A stretch of 64,000 nucleotides of DNA from an uncultured Vicinamibacterales bacterium (GTDB lineage Bacteria; Acidobacteriota; Vicinamibacteria; Vicinamibacterales; UBA8438). Below the pieces are notes generated by a model, which saw only the letters and a program-made list of their open reading frames with translations, was not told where the DNA came from and did no database searches. The stretch's first letter is position 1, and every line of letters begins with the position of its first letter. Below, in pieces: positions 10,049 to 19,076 of the stretch. A program made the position numbers and the translations under genes. The stretch spans positions 3,942,910-4,006,909 of the forward strand of contig OY282382.1 in assembly GCA_958295905.1 (NCBI GenBank). Direction: 5' to 3'.

Positions 10049-10125
<77 letters not shown>

Positions 10126-10131
10126 ACACAA

Positions 10132-10166
10132 ACGGGCCGGCATCACATGCCGGCCCGTTTTCTTGT
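10132..10166 (+). terminator. Rho-independent terminator after the tRNA
   Basis: 12-bp stem acgggccggcat/atgccggcccgt with a 4-nt loop, followed by TTTTCTT. Confidence 0.8.
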
Positions 10167-10251
10167 GTACCGGGCTTCCGCCGGGAGTCCGGCACGGCCG
10201 GCGGGCAGAGCCGCAGGAGGCGGTCGTTGCCGGGGCCGGGGGAATCCGATC

Positions 10252-12027
10252 ATGCCGCAAGCCCGCGGAGCGCGTTTTCTCGTGGACGTCGTCGAACCGC
10301 AGGACGTCGTGTGTCCGGAGGACATGGGCGACGACGAGAGGCTGTTGATGCGCTCGATCCGGGAGTTCGCCGAGCAGGAGGTGGCGCCGCTGCTCGATGA
10401 GATCGACCGGCGCGACATCGAGGTCATCCGTCCCCTGTTCAAGAAGGCGGCCGACCTCGGCATCTTCATGGCGGAGGTCCCGGAGACCCACGGCGGCCTC
10501 GGCCTGAGTCCGCTCGCCGTCGCCGGGATGAACGAGTGCCGGTCCCATCTCGGGGGGCTCGCCTCGACGGTCTTCGCGCACCAGGGCATCGGCACCATCC
10601 CCCTGATCAACTTCGGGACCCCGGCCCAGATCGACCGCTATCTGGAGCGCTGCATGCGCGGCGAACTGATGGCGGCGTTCGCGCTGACCGAGCCCGAGGC
10701 CGGTTCGGACGCCATGAGCATCCGGACGACGGCGGTGCTCAACCCCGAGAAGACGCACTACGTCGTCAACGGTTCCAAGCAGTGGATCACCAACGCGGGG
10801 TGGGCCGACCTGTTCATCCTCTTCGCCAAGGTGGACGGCGCGGCGTTCTCGGCCTTCCTGCTGGAACGGGACACGCCGGGGGTGACCGTCGGCCCCCACG
10901 AGCGCCTGCTGGGTCTCCAGGGCTCGTCGGTGTGCGCGATGCAGCTCGACGACGTCGCGATTCCCGTCGACAACCTCCTCGGCGCGGTGGGCCAGGGCCA
11001 TCGCGTGGCGCTGTGCACCCTCAACGTCGGCCGCATGAAGATGGGCGCCAACTGCGCCGGCTCGGCCAAGAAGATCCTCGCGACGACGACCCGCTACGCG
11101 GCCGACCGGCGGCAGTTCGGCCGGCCGATCGCGGAGTTCGGCCTGATCCAGCGCAAGCTCGCGGACATGGCGGCCCGGGCCTACGGCGCCGAGTCGGTCG
11201 CCTACCGCACCGCCGGACTCGTCTACGCCGCCATCGAGGACCTGGGCCGGCGCGGCGCCGACGCGCTCGACGTCAAGCTGCGGACCTTCGCCGAGTTCTC
11301 GGTCGAGTGCGCCATGGCGAAGGTCATCGGGTCGGAGGCGTACCATGCCGCGGCCGACGACGCCTTGCAGGTGTACGGCGGGTACGGCTTCAGCGAGGAG
11401 TATCCGGCCGCCCGCTGGTACCGGGACTCGCGAATCACCCGCATCTACGAGGGCACCAGCGAGATCTGCCGCCTCGGCATCGCCAAGACCCTCCTGAAGC
11501 GGGCGGACCGCGGAGAACTCGCGCTCCGCGACGCGGTGGCCGGCCTGTCCGCCCCCCGGGACCCGGCGTCCCGCGACACCAGCCTCGCGGCCCTGCGCGC
11601 CCGGACCGGCGGTCTGAAGCGCGTGTTCCTCTTCGTGCTGGGGGAGGTGTGGGACACCCTGGACGCGGCGCGCCTGCTCGACCCCGCCCACCAGCCGTAC
11701 CTCGCGGGCCTCGCGGACATCGCCATGGAGACGTATCTGGCCGAGAGCACGGTCCTGCGGGTCTCCAAGCGGTGGGACGGCCGCCCCGACGGCGAGTCGG
11801 CGGCGGAGACCGCCCTGGCCCGGATCGTGCTCTTCCGATCGACGGAACGGATTCGGCGGGAAGCCACCGAGCTGCTGGGAAGCCTGCTGGACGGTGACCG
11901 GCTCACCGCCGCCCTGGAACGCACCGCCGCCTGGCTCCCCGTCCCCGTCGGTCTCGTCGACAGCCGCGCGCACGTCGCCCGGGAACTCGTCGCCCTTGGC
12001 GGCTGGGTGCAACCGGCAGCACCATGA
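10252..12027 (+). CDS. Acyl-CoA dehydrogenase (long form)
   Basis: ACAD pattern (AFALTEPEAGSDA; YRDSRITRIYEGTSEI). ATG at 10252. Confidence 0.85.
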   Translation: MPQARGARFLVDVVEPQDVVCPEDMGDDERLLMRSIREFAEQEVAPLLDEIDRRDIEVIRPLFKKAADLGIFMAEVPETHGGLGLSPLAVAGMNECRSHLGGLASTVFAHQGIGTIPLINFGTPAQIDRYLERCMRGELMAAFALTEPEAGSDAMSIRTTAVLNPEKTHYVVNGSKQWITNAGWADLFILFAKVDGAAFSAFLLERDTPGVTVGPHERLLGLQGSSVCAMQLDDVAIPVDNLLGAVGQGHRVALCTLNVGRMKMGANCAGSAKKILATTTRYAADRRQFGRPIAEFGLIQRKLADMAARAYGAESVAYRTAGLVYAAIEDLGRRGADALDVKLRTFAEFSVECAMAKVIGSEAYHAAADDALQVYGGYGFSEEYPAARWYRDSRITRIYEGTSEICRLGIAKTLLKRADRGELALRDAVAGLSAPRDPASRDTSLAALRARTGGLKRVFLFVLGEVWDTLDAARLLDPAHQPYLAGLADIAMETYLAESTVLRVSKRWDGRPDGESAAETALARIVLFRSTERIRREATELLGSLLDGDRLTAALERTAAWLPVPVGLVDSRAHVARELVALGGWVQPAAP

Positions 12028-12148
12028 ACGCCGCGGCGGACAGAGACCGGCGCACGCGGGAGCTCGAGCCGCGAATCTCCATGCCATGCTCGGAACGCAA
12101 GCCCTGACGACCAGGTCCGGAGCAAGGTTCGACGCGGACGGCGCGGGC

Positions 12149-13216
12149 TCACCCCAGGGCGGCGACGATGGCCGCGGTCATGTCGGCCGTGGCCGCGGCG
12201 CCGCCGAGGTCGCCGGTGCGGGGATCGCCGGCGGCCAGCACCTGCTCCACCGCCGCCTCGATCGCGGCCGCGCCCTGCGCCTCGCCCAGATGCTCCAGCA
12301 TCATCGCCCCGGTCAGCATCTGGGCGACGGGGTTGGCGACGCCCTTGCCGGCGATGTCCGGAGCCGACCCGTGGACGGGCTCGAACATCGAGGGATGCGT
12401 GCGGTCGGGGTTGAGATTCGCGCCGGGGGCGAGTCCTATCGATCCGGCCACGGCCGGGCCGAGGTCGGACAGGATGTCGCCGAACAGGTTGCTCGCGACG
12501 ATGACGTCGAACCAGTCGGGATGCTGAACGAGGTGCGCGGACAGGATGTCGATGTGGTACTGGTCGGTCCGCACGTCGGGATACGCGGCGGCCATCGCCT
12601 CGAAGCGCTCGTCCCAGAACGGCATGGTGTGGATGATGCCGTTCGACTTGGTCGCCGAGGTCAGATGCCGCTCGGGCCGCGCCAGCGCCCGTTCGAAGGC
12701 GTACCGCAGCACCCGGTCGACGCCCTCCCGCGTGAACACCGACTGCTGCACGGCCAGCTCGCCCGGCGTCCCCGCGTAGAGGCGGCCGCCGATCTCCGAG
12801 TATTCGCCCTCGTTGTTCTCGCGGACGATGACGAAGTCGATGTCGGACGGGCGGCGATCCGCGAGCGGCGTGCGCACCCCCGGCCAGAGCCGGACGGGAC
12901 GCAGGTTGACGTATTGCCGGAACTGCCGGCGGATGGGGATGAGCAGTCCCCACAGGGACACGTGGTCGGGCACCCCGGGGTACCCCACGGCGCCGAGGAA
13001 CACCGCGTCAAAGCCCGCGAGCTCGGCGACGCTGCGTCCCCCCGTCATGCTGCCGGTGCGGGCGTACAGCTCGCACGACCAGTCGAACTCCGTCCAGTCG
13101 AAGCCGAATCCTAACCGCTCGCCGACCGCCGCGAGCAGTGTCCGGGCCGCGGGCACGACCTCCTTGCCGATCCCGTCGCCGGGAATGACCGCAATACGAT
13201 AGGTGGTGTCTGTCAT
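12149..13216 (-). CDS. Tartrate dehydrogenase/decarboxylase / D-malate dehydrogenase family (isopropylmalate-DH fold)
   Basis: Near-collinear with E. coli DmlA from memory: RIAVIPGDGIGKEV, NLRPVRL, VRENNEGEYS, SATKSN, NLFGDILSDL. Confidence 0.85.
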   Translation of the reverse strand: MTDTTYRIAVIPGDGIGKEVVPAARTLLAAVGERLGFGFDWTEFDWSCELYARTGSMTGGRSVAELAGFDAVFLGAVGYPGVPDHVSLWGLLIPIRRQFRQYVNLRPVRLWPGVRTPLADRRPSDIDFVIVRENNEGEYSEIGGRLYAGTPGELAVQQSVFTREGVDRVLRYAFERALARPERHLTSATKSNGIIHTMPFWDERFEAMAAAYPDVRTDQYHIDILSAHLVQHPDWFDVIVASNLFGDILSDLGPAVAGSIGLAPGANLNPDRTHPSMFEPVHGSAPDIAGKGVANPVAQMLTGAMMLEHLGEAQGAAAIEAAVEQVLAAGDPRTGDLGGAAATADMTAAIVAALG

Positions 13217-13416
13217 GGTTTTCGTTCGGGAAGTCGTGACGCGATGGACGGCGGCTCGGGAGTCCGCGGCGAAAGCCCCGTCGCAGCCCGCCGCCGCCGC
13301 ATGCCGCGTGGACGGCGTGGCCCCCCGTTCGCAGATGCCCGGCGGGCTCCCCCGCCGCGCGCCGCCGCGCGGGCGGTCCGCCGATCTCGGCGCGACACGC
13401 GGTTCACCGCAGGCTC

Positions 13417-14601
13417 CTACGCTACCGCACCGCGTCGCCGCAACGTGGCGATCTCGTCGGCGCCGAATCCGGCGTCAGCGAGCACGCCGTCCGTATGCTG
13501 GCCGAGCCGCGGCGCGGGACGGCCCGGCGACAGCGGCGTCTCCGAGAGCTTGATCGGGGTGCCGAGGGTCCGGATCCGGCCCAGGGTCGGATGCTCGGTC
13601 TCCACCACCAGACCGCGGGCGCGGACATGGGGATCGGCCATCACCTCGGCATAGTCGTTGATGGGGCCGCACGGCACCCCGTGGCTCTCGAGCCGCTCCA
13701 GCCAGTGGGCGCGGGGGCGGGTCTCCATCACCGCCTCGATGCGGGCCGCGAGCGCTTCCCGGTTGCGGATGCGGTGGGTGTCGTCCCGGTAGTCGGGATC
13801 GGCGGCCCACTCGGGATGCCCCAGGGCCTCGCACAGCCGCTGGAACGTGCGGTCGTTGGCCGCCCCGATCGTCATGTGCCCGTCGGCGCAGCGGATCGCC
13901 TGGTACGGCGCGTTCATGCGATGGGCGGACCCCAGGCGCTCCGGCACCCCGCGCCCCGAGAAATACTGCGTCGCCTCCCACACCGACAGGGCGACGCCCG
14001 CGTCGACCAGCGACGTGTCGACGAGCTGGCCGCGGCCGGTGCGGGCCCGCGCCAGCAGGGCGGACAGAATGCCGGCGAGGGCGAAGAGCGCCGCCCCGAG
14101 GTCGGTCACCGGTATCCCCGCCTTGACCGGAGGGCGCCCCGCCTCGCCGGTGACCGACATCAGGCCGGAGACGCCCTGGGCCACGAGGTCGAAGCCCCCC
14201 TTGCCGGCGGACGGGCCGGTCTGCCCGTACCCCGAGATGGACGCGTACACGAGGCGCGGACAGCGCTGCGACAGCTCGGCGTACCCCAGACCGAACTTCG
14301 CCAGCACCCCCGGCCGGTAGTTCTCCACCAGCACGTCGGACACCGCGGCGAGACGCCGCACCGCCCCGCGGCCGTCCGGCCGCTTCAGATCGACGACGAT
14401 GCCGCGCTTGCCCCGGTTGACGGCGTTGAAGCTCGGGCTGTCCGCGCCGACCGCCCCCGGCATGCGCCGCGTCGAGTCGCCGGCCGGAGGCTCGACCTTG
14501 ATCACGTCGGCGCCCATGTCGCACAGTAGCATCGAGCAGAACGGCCCGGCCATCACCTGGGTCAGGTCGAGCACGCGCAGTCCGTCCAGTGCTGATGTCA
14601 T
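13417..14601 (-). CDS. Family III CoA-transferase (CaiB/BaiF)
   Basis: LRVLDLTQVMAGPFCSMLLCDMGADVIKVEPP signature. ATG at 14601; the track start at 14649 is also possible. Confidence 0.85.
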   Translation of the reverse strand: MTSALDGLRVLDLTQVMAGPFCSMLLCDMGADVIKVEPPAGDSTRRMPGAVGADSPSFNAVNRGKRGIVVDLKRPDGRGAVRRLAAVSDVLVENYRPGVLAKFGLGYAELSQRCPRLVYASISGYGQTGPSAGKGGFDLVAQGVSGLMSVTGEAGRPPVKAGIPVTDLGAALFALAGILSALLARARTGRGQLVDTSLVDAGVALSVWEATQYFSGRGVPERLGSAHRMNAPYQAIRCADGHMTIGAANDRTFQRLCEALGHPEWAADPDYRDDTHRIRNREALAARIEAVMETRPRAHWLERLESHGVPCGPINDYAEVMADPHVRARGLVVETEHPTLGRIRTLGTPIKLSETPLSPGRPAPRLGQHTDGVLADAGFGADEIATLRRRGAVA

Positions 14602-14715
14602 CGTCCCCAGCCCGGCAACCGTCGCCCGGCGGCCCCGTTTGCCGCCCAACCCACCTTCAGGCGTCCGCCCCGCTCCGCCGCGCGAACGTCCGGAAGGAAC
14701 CAGGAGAGTCTACCC

Positions 14716-15501
14716 GTGTCCACTTCTGACGCCATCTACGCTGTCGACGGTCCCGTCGCGACCCTCACGTTCAACCGCCCCGCGGCCCGCAACGCCATGA
14801 CCTGGGCGATGTACGACGCCCTCCTCGATGCCTGCGACGCCGTCGACGCCGACCCCGCGGTGATGGTCATCGTCCTGCGCGGCGCCGGCGACCGCGCCTT
14901 CGTGGCCGGCACCGACATCAGCCAGTTCCAAGACCTGCGGACCGCGGACGACGCGCTGGGGTACGAGTCGAAGCTCGATCGCGTGATCGACCGGCTGGAA
15001 CGGGTACAGATACCGACCATCGCCCGGGTCCAGGGCGTGGCCGTCGGCGGCGGCTGCATCATGGCCGTCGCCTGCGATCTGCGCATCTGCGGTCCCGGCG
15101 CCCGGTTCGGCATCCCCGTCGCGCGGACCCTGGGCAACTGCCTGTCGGCCGCCAACTGCGCCCGGCTGCTGGACCTCGTGGGACCGGCGCGGCTCAAGGA
15201 CCTCATGTACACCGCCCGGCTCCTCGACGCCCGCGAGGCCCTGGCGGCGGGGCTCGCGACCCAGGTCGTCGACGCCGAGGGTCTCGACGACGCGGTGGCC
15301 GAGACGGCCGCGGCCATCGCCGCCAACGCCCCCCTGACGATTCGCGCCACCAAGGAGCTCGTCCGCCGCGTGCAGCGCGGGCGGCGGCCCGACCCGGCCC
15401 TCGCCCACGATCTCATCATCGACTGCTATACGAGCGACGACTTCCAGAACGCGGTGGAGGCGTTCGTGGCCCGCCGCGCTCCGGCGTGGTCGGGACGGTG
15501 A
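14716..15501 (+). CDS. Enoyl-CoA hydratase/isomerase (crotonase fold)
   Basis: LTFNRPAARNAM...RAFVAGTDI...VQGVAVGGGC. GTG start with an AGGAGAG SD 7 nt upstream. Confidence 0.85.
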   Translation: MSTSDAIYAVDGPVATLTFNRPAARNAMTWAMYDALLDACDAVDADPAVMVIVLRGAGDRAFVAGTDISQFQDLRTADDALGYESKLDRVIDRLERVQIPTIARVQGVAVGGGCIMAVACDLRICGPGARFGIPVARTLGNCLSAANCARLLDLVGPARLKDLMYTARLLDAREALAAGLATQVVDAEGLDDAVAETAAAIAANAPLTIRATKELVRRVQRGRRPDPALAHDLIIDCYTSDDFQNAVEAFVARRAPAWSGR

Positions 15502-15577
15502 CCGCCCGTCCGCATCCCGCGGCCCGCGACGGCGGGCCCCGCCCCATTCGACCGGCGATGCCTCCTGCCTGACCGCG

Positions 15578-15611
15578 CCGTGCCGCGGAGCGCGACGACT
15601 CCGCGGCACGG
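15578..15611. terminator. 13-bp perfect GC hairpin between convergent genes (possible bidirectional terminator, no U-tract)
   Basis: ccgtgccgcggag-cgcgacga-ctccgcggcacgg read directly. It lies between the crotonase and pgi 3' ends. Confidence 0.4.
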
Positions 15612-15765
15612 GCGCGATACGCTCCCCGTCACGCCTAGTGGTCCGTCACGTCATAAGCTTCCGACAGACGGACTTGAGTCGATGATGTGATTCTCCTGCA
15701 TGGGAGACCGTTCTTGGTTCGAGAAGAGTTCCCCGATAATCCTAATGTTTATTTGTGGCTATGCA

Positions 15766-17487
15766 CTAGCCGGGCTCGGGCGTTCTTCGCCCGCCGGAGC
15801 CCCCACCGGCCGCCGGCGGCGCCGGTCTGGTTGCGACGGGGGGTTCCGCCACGGGCCGCGCCGCCGCGTCCCCGACGAGCGACGCCAGCCGTTCGAGCCC
15901 GGCCGCGGCGCCGCCACCCAGATGCAGCCGGACCACGCGGCGCCCGCGCGCGGCCAGCACCTCATGGTCGCCGAGCGCCTGCGCCATCTTCACCGTCCCG
16001 AACGTGCACGAGCGGCCCGGAACCGCCAGATCGCGGGCCGTGTCGTCGGTCGTGAGGACCACGAACACCCCGGTCGCCGGCCCCCCCTTGAACACTTGGC
16101 CGGTCGAATGGAGATAGCGCGGTCCGAACCCGACGCTCGTCGCCACGCGCCGGGCGTCGCGGACCCGGCGGCGGACGCGCTGCAGCGCCTCTGCGTTGTC
16201 CCCGCTCCGATCCAGGTACGCCAACAGGGCCAGATAGTCGCCGGGGCCCGCGCTCGCCACGTGCGCCGACACGAGCCGTTCGAGCGTGGCCGACCCGCCG
16301 GCCGCCGGCCGCAGCCGCGCGGCGGCACCGGCGTCGGCGAACAGGGCGATCCCGTCCGACTCGGCCACCGGCCGCTCGTCCGGCGGTCCCCCGGCCGCCT
16401 CCCAGGCCGCGGTCAGCGACCGCGCCGCGACCTTGGCGGCCTCCACGTCGGGCTGGTCGAAGGGGTTCACCCCCAGCACCGCCCCGCAGACGGCGGTGGC
16501 GAGCTCCCACCGGAAGAACTCGGCGGCCAGCGCCTCCCGGCCCGGCACCGGCAGGGTGACGACGGGGTGGCCGGCGGCGGCGAGGACGGCGAGGGCGGCA
16601 TCCTGCTCGAGATCGGGATCGTCCTCGACCCGCACGTGGACGAACAGACGGTCGCTACCGTACGCCGAGGGCGGACCAAGCTCCTCGTCGACGACGGGAA
16701 TCAGGCCCCGCCCCGCCTTGCCCGTCGACTCCGCCAGCAACTGCTCCAGCCACGCGCCGAGGGCGCGAACCGAGGGCGACAGCACCAGGGTGATCTTGTC
16801 CCGGCCGGCGGCGGCGGCGAGACCGAGCAGGAGCCCCAGCCGCGCCCCCGGGTTCCGGCCGGCGGGCACGGCGGGGCCGCAGAGCTCGGCCATCCTTCCC
16901 GCGGGCGCCAGGAACGCCGGCACGTCCACCCCGCAGGCCGCGGCGGGGACGAGGCCGAAGTTCGACAGCACCGAGAACCGCCCCCCCACGTCGGGGCGGC
17001 CGCTCCACACCTGCCGGAAGCCTTCCGTCCCGGCCATCGCCTCGAGGGCCGAGCCCGGATCGGTGATCGCCACGAAATGCGCGCCGGCCCGATCGGGTCC
17101 GACCGCCTGCCGCATGCGATCGAGGAAGTAGTCGGCGAGTAGCGCCGGCTCGAGGGTCGTTCCGGACTTGCTCGACACGATGCACAGGGTGCGGGGCAGG
17201 TCGAGCCGGGATGCGGTCCGCGCGATCTGCGCCGGGTCGGTCGAATCGAGCACGTGCAGCGCCGGCACCCGCGGCGCGAGAATCCGGCCGATGACCTCGG
17301 CGCCGAGACTGGATCCTCCCATGCCGAGGAGGAGGACGTCGGTGAACCCGCCCGCCCGCACCCCTTCGGCGAAGCGAGACAGCGCACCGGCCGGCAGGGC
17401 GGCGCCGGCCAGATCCAGCCACCCCAGCCAGCGCGCCTCGTCGCCCCCGGTCCAGACACCGGCATCCTTCCGCCACACGCGGCCCAC
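15766..17487 (-). CDS. pgi: Glucose-6-phosphate isomerase (Tal-Pgi-type PGI domain)
   Basis: SIS motifs LLLGMGGSSLG and IVSSKSGTTLEP; N-terminus RVWRKDAGVWTG...WLGWLD. The start is uncertain because the frame stays open upstream of the GTG at 17487. Confidence 0.8.
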   Translation of the reverse strand: MGRVWRKDAGVWTGGDEARWLGWLDLAGAALPAGALSRFAEGVRAGGFTDVLLLGMGGSSLGAEVIGRILAPRVPALHVLDSTDPAQIARTASRLDLPRTLCIVSSKSGTTLEPALLADYFLDRMRQAVGPDRAGAHFVAITDPGSALEAMAGTEGFRQVWSGRPDVGGRFSVLSNFGLVPAAACGVDVPAFLAPAGRMAELCGPAVPAGRNPGARLGLLLGLAAAAGRDKITLVLSPSVRALGAWLEQLLAESTGKAGRGLIPVVDEELGPPSAYGSDRLFVHVRVEDDPDLEQDAALAVLAAAGHPVVTLPVPGREALAAEFFRWELATAVCGAVLGVNPFDQPDVEAAKVAARSLTAAWEAAGGPPDERPVAESDGIALFADAGAAARLRPAAGGSATLERLVSAHVASAGPGDYLALLAYLDRSGDNAEALQRVRRRVRDARRVATSVGFGPRYLHSTGQVFKGGPATGVFVVLTTDDTARDLAVPGRSCTFGTVKMAQALGDHEVLAARGRRVVRLHLGGGAAAGLERLASLVGDAAARPVAEPPVATRPAPPAAGGGSGGRRTPEPG

Positions 17488-17712
17488 CAGGCCTTCGCGG
17501 TCCCAGCGCCGGCAGTGCTCGTCAAGGGCGGCCTGGAGGGCGGGACCAAGCTGCCATCCAGGCGTGGCGTCAGTCAGGGGAAGCTCCAGTAGGACACGTG
17601 CGACGGGGGTTCGAACCGCACCGGCGAACCGGAGCGCGGCCGGCGCGGCCTTGCGGCCGCGTCGGGAGTTCCGTTGACGCGAAACCCCTGCGGGGCGAGC
17701 CCCTGGGCGGCA

Positions 17713-18189
17713 TCAGCTCTCCGCCCGGTGCCGGGCCTCGAGCCGCTGCACCTTCTCGATCCGCCGGCGATGGCGCTCGTCGCGTGAGAACGTCGCGGCC
17801 AGGAACGTCTCGACGAGCTCGCGGGCCAGCGCCACCCCGACGATGCGCGCCCCGAGAACCAGGACGTTCATGTCGTCGTGCTCCACCCCCTGATGAGCGG
17901 AGTACGTATCGTGGCAGACCGCGCCCCGGATGCCGGGCACCTTGTTCACGGCCACCCCGGCGCCCACGCCGCTCCCGCAGATCATCACCCCGCGATCGGC
18001 GCGGCCGTCGCGGACGGTCAGGGCCAGCGACTCCGCGTAGTCGGGATAGTCGGCCGGCGCCTCGCTGTCGGTGCCGACGTCGACCACCTCGTGTCCGCCG
18101 TCCCGCAACAGGTCCGCGATGAGCGCCTTCAGATGGAAGCCGGCGTGGTCCGATCCTATCGCCACCCGCATCGTGCCGTTTTCCGCCAT
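17713..18189 (-). CDS. rpiB: Ribose-5-phosphate isomerase B
   Basis: [12 protein letters not shown]...[19 protein letters not shown]...[11 protein letters not shown] is the classic RpiB/LacAB pattern. Confidence 0.9.
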   Translation of the reverse strand: MAENGTMRVAIGSDHAGFHLKALIADLLRDGGHEVVDVGTDSEAPADYPDYAESLALTVRDGRADRGVMICGSGVGAGVAVNKVPGIRGAVCHDTYSAHQGVEHDDMNVLVLGARIVGVALARELVETFLAATFSRDERHRRRIEKVQRLEARHRAES

Positions 18190-18527
18190 CCCCCTGCCAC
18201 CGAGGCGGTCCCCCCCCGCCGAACCCGCCGGACGATACGCCGGACACCGGGACCGGCAGTCAGAACGTTGACCGATATCGATGCGTCAAGCTCGACAAGG
18301 ACCGCCGTGGACTCCCTTGCCGGCGCACGGTTGCGCGGCACGGTGGTTCCGTCAGCGTCCCCCGGAAAATCGTCGCCTGCGGCTCCGATGGCCGCCCAAC
18401 CAACCCTCCAGGAGTCCGCGCCGTTCTACGGGCACTCCAAGTGCGCGCCAACCGCGGAACACGGTGATGAATCGTACTACAGAAGCGCCGCGGGAAGAGC
18501 CCGCATCAGCCGGCGGCCCAGGAGCAT

Positions 18528-18764
18528 CCCACGCTGCCTGCGCGTGACGGCCCGCCCCCGATTCGAGGGGTCGCCACCGTCTTGCCGACCGGCCGGCGCC
18601 GCGTGCTCCCAACTACGGTTGAACACAATCACTTGCTTCAAGTCGCCACCGTCTTGCCGACCGGCCGGCGCCGCGTGAGACCCACGATTCCGCACGTCCG
18701 GAGCCCCAGGACCCACCACGATTCCGCCTGCGCACGGCGGTGGCGGAGCGTGGGATGGTCCTGG
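18528..18764 (+). repeat. REP/MITE-like element copy carrying an internal 36-bp duplication around a 36-bp insert
   Basis: Termini ccaggagcatcccacgct ... agcgtgggatggtcctgg are inverted. DR1 is 18569-18604, the insert is 18605-18640 and DR2 is 18641-18676. Confidence 0.85.
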
Positions 18765-19076
18765 CCGGCGTCCGGGCGGCCGACGAGGCGCCGGGCACGG
18801 GTGCTGTCCGGCGGCACCGTCCGCCAGGAGGCGTCAGCCGGCATCCGGGCGGGCCGGACACGACGCGCGACGAGGCAGGGCCGAACTCCGGATAGCGCGG
18901 AGAGGACCGGCGGACACGCCCGAGGTCGGCGATCGGTTGTCGGCCGACTCCGGGCGCCGCGGGAGGACCGCCCACCCGCGGCGGCGCGGGCGGGCGTCGG
19001 CGTCCATCCCGGCTCCGGCACGGCGACACCCTCGGAACCGGGCACCGGCGTTCGCATCGTACTGCCAGGGGATCTC

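Noticed and set aside
15630-15765. AT-rich stretch downstream of pgi (…ccccgataatcctaatgtttatttgtggctatgcac) as a possible sRNA or small gene.
   Set aside because: It has no ORF with coding-like bias, no convincing promoter-plus-terminator pair, and only a weak 7-bp hairpin. It is kept as unexplained low-GC spacer.
17488-17600. Possible N-terminal extension of pgi (the frame stays open: ...LQAALDEHCRRWDREGLV).
   Set aside because: No ATG, GTG or TTG is available upstream in frame according to the track. It may reflect a rare start codon. The start is left uncertain rather than extended.
17590-17650. tRNA-like T-arm sequence (gggggttcgaaccgc) between pgi and rpiB.
   Set aside because: No complementary T-stem, acceptor stem or anticodon arm could be built on either strand. 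At most it is a decayed fragment.
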